Under the pieces are notes generated by a model. The model was not told the origin of the DNA. It was given only the letters and a program-made list of their open reading frames with translations, and searched no databases. A stretch of DNA of 63,816 nt, filler included, from Octopus bimaculoides (taxonomy: Eukaryota): assembly GCF_001194135.2 (NCBI RefSeq). It is 5 parts of 4 records of this genome, joined end to end, with 100 filler letters (N's around TTAATTAATTAA, not from the genome) between each part and the next. Parts side by side here need not be neighbours in the genome. Positions count along the whole stretch, not along the records: positions 13,337 to 38,632 come from NC_068985.1; positions 38,733 to 54,701 come from NC_068985.1; 3 more parts are not named here. One strand, written 5' to 3'. Both the position numbers and the translations under genes were made by a program. Below are positions 37,363 through 48,920 of this stretch, one piece after another. Numbering within the stretch: the stretch's first letter is position 1; every line of letters begins with the position of its first letter.

Positions 37363-38150
37363 AAGTGGGTGAGCTGGCAGAAACGTTAGCACGCCGGCCG
37401 AAATGCTGTCGTTACGTTCTGAGTTCAAATTCCGCCGAGGTCGACTTCGCCTTTTATCCTTTCGCGCTCAATAAATTAAGTACCAGTTGCGTAATGGGGT
37501 CGATCTAATCGACTGGCCCCCTGCCCCAAAATTCCGGACCTTGTGTCTAGAGTAGGAAAGAATATTGATAATTAAGGAAGGTGGTGAGCTGGGAGAAACG
37601 TTAGCACGCAAGGCGAAATGCTTAGGGGTATTTCGTCTGCTGTTGCGTTCTGAGTTCAAATTCCGCCGAGGTCGACTTTGCCTTTCATCCTTTCGCGGTC
37701 GATTGNNNNNNNNNNNNNNNNNNNNNNNNNNNNNNNNNNNNNNNNNNNNNNNNNNNNNNNNNNNNNNNNNNNNNNNNNNNNNNNNNNNNNNNNNNNNNNN
37801 NNNNNNNNNNNNNNNNNNNNNNNNNNNNNNNNNNNNNNNNNNNNNNNNNNNNNNNNNNNNNNNNNNNNNNNNNNNNNGGGTATTTCGTCTGCTGTTGCGT
37901 TCTGAGTTCAAATTCCGCCGAGGTCGACTTTGCCTTTCATCCTTTCGCGGTCGATTGAATAAGTACCAGTTACGCACTGGGGTTCATGTAATCGATTTAA
38001 TCCCTTTGTCTGTCCTTGTTTGTCCCCTCTATGTTTAGCCCCTTGTGGGCAATGAAGAAATACGAAATGTTAGTAAGCTAGGCGAAATGCTTAGAGGTAT
38101 TTCGTCTGTTGTTGCGTTCTGAGTTCAAATTCCGCCGAGGTTGACCTTTT
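37363..38150 (+). mobile_element. Tandem cluster of SINE family B copies
   Basis: Heads at about 37365, 37578 and 38065; the middle copy is split by a gap whose flanks overlap. Confidence 0.85.
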
Positions 38151-38632
38151 GCTTTAGAATAATAGCATATATTTAATATGCATATAAAATCTACTGAAAG
38201 AATTTAGAAATTTTTCTCTCGTCTGAAACGAAGGGTGAATATACTACCCTATTCTGAGCGCCACCGATTTCTTTCTCATGTTTCTACTTACGTCTTCCTT
38301 CGCCATGTAAAATACCTTATATTTATGTAAAAGTAATTCTACTAACCACATTTATCGGATGTTGTTTGTTATAAGACATCGTCTCAAGTCAACAGACGTT
38401 ATAAGAAAAGAAAAGGAAATTACACGCTATGAACATAATCGAAAGCCCGTAGCAATATCAGTATACTGAACAGCCCCTCTAGGCACGAAATATGGGTGTA
38501 TTGATCATGTAAAGAAGACAGGCGCTTTCGAATCAACGGGAATCAGATATGCTTGCGCCCTAAGCTATGAGCAAGTTAAGAACTGCAAGTAAATCACGAA
38601 GAATATATATATGTATATATATATATATATAT

Positions 38633-38732
38633 NNNNNNNNNNNNNNNNNNNNNNNNNNNNNNNNNNNNNNNNNNNNTTAATTAATTAANNNNNNNNNNNN
38701 NNNNNNNNNNNNNNNNNNNNNNNNNNNNNNNN
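38633..38732. other. Artificial scaffold-join spacer
   Basis: 44 N + TTAATTAATTAA (38677-38688) + 44 N. Confidence 0.9.
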
Positions 38733-38944
38733 GCCTGAGGCAGGATGGCCACTGAAAACCACCCACAAGATGTAGCACAAACACACACAAAGAAAAATGA
38801 AAGAAATGAATGTGCACTCGTGAGAACATGCATGCAACGTACAAATGAAAGAAAATGTGTGAGTGCACAAGTGTGTGTGAGAAAAAACACAGAACATATT
38901 AAAAGTGTCTGTAGAGAAAAAATCCAGTTCGTATAAGAGTTACA

Positions 38945-39320
38945 CAAGATTATAGTATGTCCATACGCAGGAAGTTGTGGTCCGTGAGCAGTGCTGTAGT
39001 TGAGCGTCGGATGCTAGTTGAGACCTGTTACCTGGTATTAAATATCCTAGTCGGTTAGTTCTGACTGTTGTGCGCGAGTGGATATTCCACTCATACAGTG
39101 AAGATAAAACCGAGTGTGTTGATCTTGGTGTGTCCCTGGTGGTGGGGTTGTTGGCGCACGACATTGTGGTAGACAGTACATTGATGGAGAAGACGTCGGC
39201 GCAGGAACTGTAATATAGCTGTGTTCTGTATGTGTGGTGGTAATGATTTCCTGTTGAAACTTGGCGATGTCGGGGGAATGCTTGTAGTTGGTAGTAGTAG
39301 TTGTTGTCGTCGCGGTGGNN
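38945..39320 (-). mobile_element. Possible LINE ORF1 end / AP-endonuclease start, decayed
   Basis: LSSLYEWNIHS..RTNRLGYLI loosely resembles the APE N-terminal WN motif. Confidence 0.3.
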
Positions 39321-39939
39321 NNNNNNNNNNNNNNNNNNNNNNNNNNNNNNNNNNNNNNNNNNNNNNNNNNNNNNNNNNNNNNNNNNNNNNNNNNNNNNNN
39401 NNNNNNNNNNNNNNNNNNTACCACTTTGTCATTTCTCAGGCAAACACATGCCTATCGCACCGACACTCTACAAAAACACACTACATTCTGGTGACTCCAC
39501 TACACGTCCCTGGAAGATGATGAGCAATCTGAAAGATCTTCCACGGAAATGTGATATTGTGCATCGAGAATTCTTCCCCCATGATCAGACCAACATAACT
39601 AGCCTGGGAACCTTTTGAAACCACCTCGTACACAACCACAGAAAGAACAATTCACTTAGCTTATAAGCATGCTCGAACAGAATTGATTTGTGGTTTAACT
39701 GCACTATGATAACCACAACCATAGCAACAACATAATCAACAACAACAACAACAAAATTTAGTACACGACCACCAAGAAATAAATGTAAGTGAAAGTCAGA
39801 CCATTATTATTTCAGACCATTATTATTTCAACTATTTTGGCGGAACAACTTCCGCTCTTTTGATAGTAGGTTATCAATGTCTTGGTCGTAAATAACGGTA
39901 TCTCTCTCTGTTGTTTACCGTCTACTTACAACTTTTATA

Positions 39940-39978
<39 letters not shown>

Positions 39979-40173
39979 ATTACATAAAGTTAAGTCGACT
40001 ATCGTTGTCGTATTTAGCTTAATAATATGTAATTTCTAAGCGACATGTCTCATGCTTCGTTTAACTAACTACACACTCACTGTTCAGATCAGATAACTAA
40101 CTTCATTTTTCAACCGCTTATTAACGGAGAGAGGCTCTACATCGAAACCACCTACCAATTTCTCACTCAAAAC

Positions 40174-40204
<31 letters not shown>

Positions 40205-40288
40205 GTCTTTTGATTCGGAGGTCAAAGCGGGTCAAATTTTTTTTTTCAAGTTTCTTTCCTCTTCTTTTCTTTTAATTGATCAAGCACC

Positions 40289-40450
40289 TGCATGGCTATG
40301 TGATTGACAAGCTCACCTTGCAACCTCGTGAGTTCGGGTTCAGTCCCACTACGCAGCACCTTGAGCAAATGTCATCTACTACAGCCCCAAGCCAAACAAA
40401 GCATTTTGAGTGAATTTGGTAGCCGGAAATTATAAAGAAGCTCGTCGTAT
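40289..40450 (+). mobile_element. SINE family A 5' part, diverged
   Basis: gttcgggttcagtcccactacgcagcaccttgagcaaatgtc...gagtgaatttggtag. Confidence 0.7.
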
Positions 40451-40518
40451 ACCTACCTACCTACCTACCTACCTACCTGCCTGCCTACCTACCAACATAC
40501 ATACATACATACATACAT

Positions 40519-40860
40519 AGGCTAAAGACCCCCTTCGGTCGTGAATGACTATGGTGATTGCACCTAGAAAGTTCTCCTGCGAGGTACAGGTCCGGGCACT
40601 GTTGTTTATGGAAGACCAGCAGTCACCCATGCATACCAGTCTCCCCTCCCCGTGCCACCGGTGTTGTCCAAGGGAAAGGTGAAGGCCAATATAGCTTGGC
40701 ACCAATGACGTCGCAACTCATTTCTGCAGCTGAGTGAACTGGTGCAATGTCAAATAAAGCGTCTTGCTCGAGAACACAACATACAGCCCGGCCTGGGAAT
40801 CGAACTCCCTACCTCATGATTGTGAACCCGACGCTCTAATCTCTGAGCCATATGCTTTCG
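40519..40860 (-). mobile_element. tRNA-derived SINE (D-like head and CORE-like box, different 3' body)
   Basis: Minus strand ggctcagagattagagcgtcggg...gttcgattccc...tgtgttctcgagcaagacgcttt...; ends in a (TATG)/(TAGG) tail. Confidence 0.75.
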
Positions 40861-41306
40861 ACACATGCATACGTGTGTGTGTGTGTGTGTGTGTAATGCG
40901 TTTGTCGTTTGTTTTCGCTCCCGGATCTTTCCGGTTTGGCAAATAAGAGTGATAAAATAAGTTCCAGATTAAAAAAAAGAAAACACAGGGGGCAATTTGA
41001 TCGACTAAACCTTTCAAGATGGTGTCCAAGCATGGCCGCAGCTCAATGGTGAAACAAGTAAACAATGGAAGATATTCATTTCAGCCCTTCTGAGTTCAAA
41101 TCCTATCGAGAGCAACGTCCCTTTTTATCCTTCAGGCGTTGATAAATGATGTACTAATCGTGCAATGGGATTTATTCCTCTGCTTGTCTCTCTATGGAAA
41201 ACATCATGGATGGTCTTTTAGCTGTGGTGGTCATAAAGTCTCTCTTGGTTTACTATAGAATGTTTCATACCACTATATAACATGTTGCGTGTTAATTCGT
41301 GGACAA

Positions 41307-41488
41307 AATCCTTTCTGCTATAGGCACAAGGCCTGAAACTTTGGGGGAAGGAACTAGTCGATTACATCGACCCCAGTACTCAACTGGTACCTAATTTATC
41401 GACCTAGAAATGATGAAAGGCAAAGTCGACCTCGGCGGAATTTGAACTCATACCGTAGTAACGGGTGAAAAACCGCTAAGCATTTTGC
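41307..41488 (-). mobile_element. SINE family B, 5' end missing, adjoining a MITE insertion
   Basis: atgaaaggcaaagtcgacctcggcggaatttgaactc...gctaagcattttgc. Confidence 0.8.
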
Positions 41489-41871
41489 GGCGATCTTACG
41501 GTACGAGTCCTAAATATCGGCCTTTTCCGTAAAAAGTGTCTTCGGCGATCTTTACCAAAGATCGGCCTTTTCCGTAAAAAGTGTTGGAGAGAAACTGGGA
41601 AACGACGTCATAAAAGCGAACGACATACAAAGAGCGCGATTTATTTTGAAGGGTTTAGGGTTAGGCTTAGGGTTAGCGTTTGGGTTTTAGGGTTTGGGTT
41701 AGGGAATTCCGTCCCTAACCCTAAACACTAACTCTAACCCTAAAACCCTAACCTTAACACCGTACTGAAGATCGTGCGGGTGTTACGGAAAAGGCTGATC
41801 TTTGGTAAAGATCGCCGAAGACACTTTTTACGGAAAAGGCCGATATTTAGGACTCGTACCGTAAGATCGCC
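41489..41871. mobile_element. Young fold-back MITE: 89-bp TIRs, 8-bp TSD, head-to-head telomere-like core
   Basis: cattttgc at 41481-41488 and 41872-41879; TIRs 41489-41577 and 41783-41871 differ at one base. Confidence 0.95.
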
Positions 41872-42292
41872 CATTTTGCATACCACTATATAACATGTCG
41901 CATGTTAACTTGTGGAAATATTACAAGAGACTTTATTCCTTTGCTAAATTATGCAGTGGACCAAATTAATACATCGTGGATTCTGTTGGTTCATCCCTCG
42001 TTTGGATAATTCAGCTCTGGCCGCCGTTGGTTACACGTGCTTCGTTATGAATATCATGACGCGTCCTTCAGGAATTCTCTCACCTCTCTCCTAGAGAAGT
42101 TTTTGATAAGACTATACATAAGCAAAAATAGACTCTTGTACAACAAGATTCGTGACAGACGAACTGTAGACAGAAACTTCGCTGCGGGCTAGCTAGGAAG
42201 TTGGCCAGCAGGAAAACAAATGGGACTCCCGGTAAGAGAAACAAAACAAAAAATATCAACAGTGAGTGTGAAACGAATCTGAGTGAACTAAA

Positions 42293-43786
42293 CAGAAATA
42301 ACTTACGACTTAAGCCCTGATGTACATAAAGTAATAAATCTTTGATAAAAGTATTCTCGTCTCCACTAGTTTGTTTGCGTATAGCTTAACAAAGCTATAA
42401 CTGGTGACCCCGACGATAGAACAAAAGCTCTCGGTATCGGAACAAACATGGCTAGCAACAAAACAACACTGAGGCGACCACAGTTCTGGCTTAAGAGGAC
42501 TGAACTGTGGTTCGTGCAGGCGGAAGCTCAATTCGATTTAAACAAGGTAATGGCCGACCAAACGAAGTACTCGCACGTTGTAGTGGCACTAGACGAAGAC
42601 ATGGCAACGAGGGTGATGGACATTTTAACCCATCCCCCACCAACGAAAGATAGACTAGTTGATACATTCCGACGCAGTGAAAGAGAAGAGGCAGCCAAGA
42701 TACTGGAGGAGGAATTTGGCGATTCCAAGCCTTCGGACAAGATGTTGGCATTAGCCCCTCGCCCGTGAGTCACCTTCCTTTTTGTTTAAAGAAATATTCC
42801 TCCGCAAGCTGCCACCCCAGGTCCAGGCCCTCATAATTCAGACCAAAATCAAGGACCAGCGGTAATTAGCAAAGGCAGCTGGCAAACATTTTTTATCCAG
42901 TGGTGTCATGGTCAACACCATNNNNNNNNNNNNNNNNNNNNNNNNNNNNNNNNNNNNNNNNNNNNNNNNNNNNNNNNNNNNNNNNNNNNNNNNNNNNNNN
43001 NNNNNNNNNNNNNNNNNNNNNNNNNNNNNNNNNNNNNNNNNNNNNNNNNNNNNNNNNNNNNNNNNNNNNNNNNNNNNNNNNNNNNNNNNNNNNNNNNNNN
43101 NNNNNNNNNNNNNNNNNNNNNNNNNNNNNNNNNNNNNNNNNNNNNNNNNNNNNNNNNNNNNNNNNNNNNNNNNNNNNNNNNNNNNNNNNNNNNNNNNNNN
43201 NNNNNNNNNNNNNNNNNNNNNNNNNNNNNNNNNNNNNNNNNNNNNNNNNNNNNNNNNNNNNNNNNNNNNNNNNNNNNNNNNNNNNNNNNNNNNNNNNNNN
43301 NNNNNNNNNNNNNNNNNNNNNNNNNNNNNNNNNNNNNNNNNNNNNNNNNNNNNNNNNNNNNNNNNNNNNNNNNNNNNNNNNNNNNNNNNNATAATCGGTG
43401 CAGACTTTCTTCGAGCACACTTGCTGCTGGTGGATTTGCGGAGAAGACGACTCCTCGACAACAACACATATGCTTCCATGCCTCTTGCAACATCTGCATA
43501 TGCTGCTCCCCCCACCCCCGCATAGCAACCATCTCACAGACCAAGAACGAATTCGCGGATCTTCTTGTAAGTCGCCCCACTCTAACATTCTCCAAACCTA
43601 TAGCCCGCCACGGGTGATACACCAGACAAATTTGCAATCGCAAAGGCCGAGTTCGACAATATGGAGGCATTGGGCATAGTTCGCAGAAATAACTGACGAC
43701 TTAAGCCCTGATGAACGTAAAGTAATAAACCTTTGATAAAAGTATTCTCGTCTCCACTAGTTTGTGTATGGCTTAACAAAGCTATA
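42293..43786 (+). mobile_element. Ty3/gypsy LTR retrotransposon remnant (partial LTRs, tRNA-Trp PBS, gag, protease, RT start)
   Basis: Direct repeats 42293-42399 and 43684-43786 containing AATAAA; PBS tggtgaccccgacg at 42402-42415; gag PQFWLKRTELWFVQAEAQF; IIGADFLRAHLLLVDL; PDKFAIAKAEFDNMEALGIVR. Confidence 0.88.
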
Positions 43787-44689
43787 CTCCCAGCAACAGT
43801 TCAAGTTGGTTATTTAGAAAGTATTATGCACAACGTGATTAGATCCGAGATCTACATCCTGCTCAATACTTGACCAATCAAAATACAAGACACAGCCAAA
43901 TGTTCCAAACTGACACGATAGGCCAAACGACCAATCATTATAGATGTGGAGCCTATTTAAGGCTAGTCGATTACAAAATGCCACAGCACAAATGGATCTC
44001 GCTACAATCTAATTCCTTGCAGTGATGGGGCTGCATAACACTTCATATAGCCAACCTGTGGTCCGCGGGACTTTCTGGATGGCACACGTAAAAGGAAAAT
44101 TACTTGATTTTTTTTTTGTGTGTGTGTGTGTGTGCATTGCAGCCCACCTGATAATGAATCCTGTCTCAGGCGGCCCCCTGAGTAAAGATTTCCCATATCT
44201 GCTTTAAACTCACAAAACATACCGTGGTTCACAATAGCGTCCCTTAAGTCTCTCTTTGGAGTTAAGGCCCCCACTCCATTAACTTTAGTACTTGCTTCAG
44301 TTGAGGATTTATTTTATTAGTCTAATGGCTAGGTTACTTTTTGACTGCATGGACGCCTTTCTTATCAACCGTAATGGCTTACAATTTAGGCACAAGAGTA
44401 GCAATTTTTTGAGGTGAGGAGATAAGAAAATACCATCAATTCTGGTAGTTGACTGGTATTTTACTTTTTATAGATCCAGAGAGATAAAAAGCTAAGTTGA
44501 CTTCGGCGAGACAATTAAGCAAGGGATTTATCAGGAGTTAAGTCCCTTGTCCCCACCCGCACCCAAAAAACTTCAGTTAGCTTTGATGCTGCCTTCTCTA
44601 CGAAATGCTGCATTGATACACACACACACACACATGTATATCCCCATAAACCGGCCTCCCCATTATAATATATGTATGTATGTACGTAT

Positions 44690-45104
44690 GTATGGCTGTG
44701 TAGTAACAAACTTGCTTCTCAAACACTTGGTTCTGGGTTCTGTCCCACAACATGGCACAATGGACAAGTCTCTTATGCTAAACCACCAGACCGACAAAAG
44801 CTTTCTGAGTAGATTTAGTTGACGGAAACTGAAATAAACTCGTAGTATGTATGTATGTATGTATGTATGTATGTATGTATGTATGTATGTATGCGTGTAT
44901 GTGTGTGTGTGCGTTTGTCCCCACCACTGCTTGACAACCGATGTTGGTTTGTTTATGTCACTGTAACTTAGCGATTCGGCAAAATCGAGCGATAGCGTAA
45001 ATACCATGCTTATAATTAGTTCAGGGGTAGATTTGTTCGACTAAACCTTCAAGGCGGTGCTCCAGTATGGTCGCAGTCCAATAATTGAAACAAGTAAAAG
45101 ATAA

Positions 45105-45105
<1 letters not shown>
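44690..45105 (+). mobile_element. SINE family A
   Basis: Colinear with 12586-12972; (GTAT)n middle. Confidence 0.8.
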
Positions 45106-45165
<60 letters not shown>

Positions 45166-45401
45166 CGTCTGTGTGTGTAATTGTAAAATTTGGAGTCAAC
45201 AAGGAGTTTGACAACAGTCCTCCAGCAACAACACACCTTGATAAACTCAGTGGCTTCTACTAACTTCAGGTCACGACAGACCGAGAGGATGCCTATGAGG
45301 CTGAGAATTTGAACTTAAGGAGACAATATTTATATATCGCCTGAGGAAACACAACTAGATCTCATAATGCAGGAAAACTGTTGCATAATCAAGTACTTGG
45401 A

Positions 45402-45439
45402 CGCCTGAAGAACTACGTTGCATAGAAACAATTGTAGTG
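45402..45439 (+). ncRNA. Degenerate hammerhead-like motif
   Basis: CGC-CTGAAGA-actacgttgcata-GAA-ACAATTGT-A-GTG; palindromic stem III, poor stem II. Confidence 0.35.
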
Positions 45440-45699
45440 ATTGAAAATAACTGTACTCCTTTGTGTTGACTCCAATTTTTTTCAATAATCTATTCACACA
45501 CAGCAGAAGCCCAAACGCAAACCTAGAAGTACGTATAATACTACTACTACTGGATAGCATAGGGTGAAATCTGAAGGTGGACGAGCTTTATACTGTTCTC
45601 TACTACGTTCTTAACAGAATATACTATAACTCTGTGTGTGTGTGTGTGCATACATATATATCACAGTATCAACGAGACCATCAAATGCTGTTATATGCA

Positions 45700-46330
45700 A
45701 TTGGTCACAATGCACTTCCAATTCTGTCTTGATTGTTTTCCATCTTGGTCCAAATTGCTTAATTAAATCGTCTTCCCATTGTCGTAGAAGCCTTCCAAAT
45801 GGCCTTTTCCGGTCTCTTAGATACCACTCGGCAACTGCACGGATCCACCTGTTCTCTGTGAACCTTACGACATGTTCGACACAGTGTAACTTGTGCTTTC
45901 GATATTCTGCGATAGCATTGTTCACTCCACTTCATTTTTGAATAATCTCATTTTGAGTGTGCTGTCTTAGTGATATTCTCAGAATGGATCTGTCCATGGC
46001 CCTTTGCATAGTAGCCAATCGATGTTCTATCATCTTCATAGTAGCTCACATCTCACTTGCGCATAAGAACGCAGGTAGGACGACGCTATTGAAGTATTTG
46101 GCACATATGGTGGTATTGTCTAGCTTTGTTTCAAGCACATCCTTTTTTTTAGTTAAATGCCTTCCATTTTACCCTTATTCTCTTTGAGATTTCAGCATCC
46201 ATATCTCAGCATATATTCACTGTGTCCTAACTAGACGTACTCCTTTACCGCCTCGATTTCATCGCAGAATATATAAACAAGTATGCCTGCCTCTGAATTT
46301 GTTTCCCCATAACTTCCAAACAAATGAATA
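45700..46330 (-). mobile_element. RTE-clade LINE 3' fragment
   Basis: EIEAVKEYV*LG...FNSVVLPAFLCASE...AMDRSIL...HVVRFTENRWIRAVAEWYLRDRKRPFGR. Confidence 0.8.
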
Positions 46331-46719
46331 TTATTTAATGATATTTTCTACGCTTCAGACGGTGTAGATTCTGATTGCATCGGAATTTGTTGTGAAAAGA
46401 TTTTTCTAAAGGTGAGGGAGAGGATTTTCGGTAAATTCACAAGAGGCGGCTTTGTCACCTCGTAACTTTCAGAAAAAATAGGTATTTTTTTTTTCATGAA
46501 ATTTTCTACAAATACCTAATAAATGGTGTAGATTACCATTATATCGGAATTTAATGAGAAAATTAAAATTGTTGGGCACACACACATACATACTGTCATA
46601 GATAAATTCTTTTCGAAATTGCAAGTTTCATTTTGTTGATGTATGTCAGTATGTATGGGTGCGAGCCCACCAGATTTATCTATTTATTTATTTTTAATAT
46701 AATTTATCCTTTATCTTTT

Positions 46720-47085
46720 ACCTGCTTCTGTCATTAGGCTGCAGCCATGCTGGGGCACTGCCTTGAATTTTTGTCAAATGAATCGACCCCAGAACTTATT
46801 TTTTTAAGCCTGGTACTTATTCTGTCGGTCTTTTTTGCTGATCCGCTATTGATACGGGGACGTAAACACACCAACACCGGTTATCAAGTAGTAATAGGGG
46901 AAGCCATACACACACACACATACGACGAGCTTCTTTCAGTTTCCGTCAACCAAATCCACTCACAAAGCTTTGATCGACCCAAGGCTATAGTATAAGACAC
47001 TTGCCCAAGGTGCCACGCAGTGGGACTGAACCTGGAACCACGTGGTTGGGAGGCAAGCTTCTCACCACACAACTACGCCTGCACC
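46720..47085 (-). mobile_element. SINE family A
   Basis: Reverse complement of family A including the head. Confidence 0.85.
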
Positions 47086-48677
47086 AANNNNNNNNNNNNN
47101 NNNNNNNNNNNNNNNNNNNNNNNNNNNNNNNNNNNNNNNNNNNNNNNNNNNNNNNNNNNNNNNNNNNNNNNNNNNNNNNNNNNNNNNNNNNNNNNNNNNN
47201 NNNNNNNNNNNNNNNNNNNNNNNNNNNNNNNNNNNNNNNNNNNNNNNNNNNNNNNNNNNNNNNNNNNNNNNNNNNNNNNNNNNNNNNNNNNNNNNNNNNN
47301 NNNNNNNNNNNNNNNNNNNNNNNNNNNNNNNNNNNNNNNNNNNNNNNNNNNNNNNNNNNNNNNNNNNNNNNNNNNNNNNNNNNNNNNNNNNNNNNNNNNN
47401 NNNNNNNNNNNNNNNNNNNTATATATATATATATATATATATTTCGATTCAATTGTAACCTACACCATCTGAAAAGAGTATTTGTAGAAAATTTCGACTA
47501 TCTTTTAATAAAAGCAGACGGATAATGAAAATATTCGTTCGGCAATTTCCGTAAACAATTTTTATTTCTTGAATTATTTTCAGCTGAATCGCTTATTTAT
47601 ATACTTTTTGTGTATATGTGTGAATCTATGTATATTTGTGTATGTTGGTATATATTTATGTGCATGTATGTATGTGTATACACAAATACACATACATATT
47701 CAGTACTTACATAAATATGCATACATACAAATACATAGACAAACAAATATATAAACATAAGCGACTAAGCTGAAAACATTTAAAGAAATAAAACTTTTTA
47801 CGGAAACTGTCAAACAAATACTTTCATTATCCCTCTACCGTTATCAAAAGGTAGCCAAAATTTCATTTTTCTGGAAGTTATGAGGAAACAAAATCGATAG
47901 TGGGAGGGGCACTAGGTCTACCTTCATCACTTCGCACTTCTATTCAGTATACACTTTGTTTTCATATGGTTTGTATATAATGGCCAGAACATATATATGA
48001 AAACAGTCACCTTTTATTTAATATGTTAAATGAAATAAGGAAATACATAACTAAATCAATAATTTATTATAGTTTTTCTGTGACATTTTCCCCTGATATA
48101 TTTTTTTTACGAGATACATATGTACTTCAGGGGAGATAACTCTCATACTACTTTGCGCGGCAAATCTGAAAACAAGTGTTGTTTTGTATACGCCTTTACG
48201 TTTTATACAGNNNNNNNNNNNNNNNNNNNNNNNNNNNNNNNNNNNNNNNNNNNNNNNNNNNNNNNNNNNNNNNNNNNNNNNNNNNNNNNNNNNNNNNNNN
48301 NNNNNNNNNNNNNNNNNNNNNNNNNNNNNNNNNNNNNNNNNNNNNNNNNNNNNNNNNNNNNNNNNNNNNNNNNNNNNNNNNNNNNNNNNNNNNNNNNNNN
48401 NNNNNNNNNNNNNNNNNNNNNNNNNNNNNNNNNNNNNNNNNNNNNNNNNNNNNNNNNNNNNNNNNNNNNNNNNNNNNNNNNNNNNNNNNNNNNNNNNNNN
48501 NNNNNNNNNNNNNNNNNNNNNNNNNNNNNNNNNNNNNNNNNNNNNNNNNNNNNNNNNNNNNNNNNNNNNNNNNNNNNNNNNNNNNNNNNNNNNNNNNNNN
48601 NNNNNNNNNNNNNNNNNNNNNNNNNNNNNNNNNNNNNNNNNNNNNNNTGTGTGTGTGTGTGTATTTATGTATATAAC

Positions 48678-48920
48678 GGTAATCTTCAAGTTTAGGGGGA
48701 TAAAAAAAAATTCAAGGGAAGTAACTGAACGTCTTACCAGTATTCTCCGTACATCTCTGTTTATAAATAGATCACACACGTGATTTGATTGACGTTAGGG
48801 TTAGGGTGTGATTTATTTATAAACAGCTAGAAGAAAACGGATAATACTGGTAAGTCGTTCAGTTATTTCCCTTGAATACTTTTATTTATTTTTTTTATCC
48901 CCCTAAACTTGAAGATTACC
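48678..48920. mobile_element. Fold-back MITE, almost entirely one hairpin, 8-bp TSD
   Basis: tatataac|ggtaatcttcaagtttaggggga...tccccctaaacttgaagattacc|tatataac; loop contains gttagggttaggg. Confidence 0.92.

Noticed and set aside
37628-37956. Identical repeat of about 78 bp flanking a gap
   Set aside because: Same SINE copy represented twice across the gap; most likely an assembly overlap.
41650-41757. True chromosome-fusion scar or telomere
   Set aside because: Short, degenerate and enclosed by TIRs with a TSD, so it is transposon cargo.
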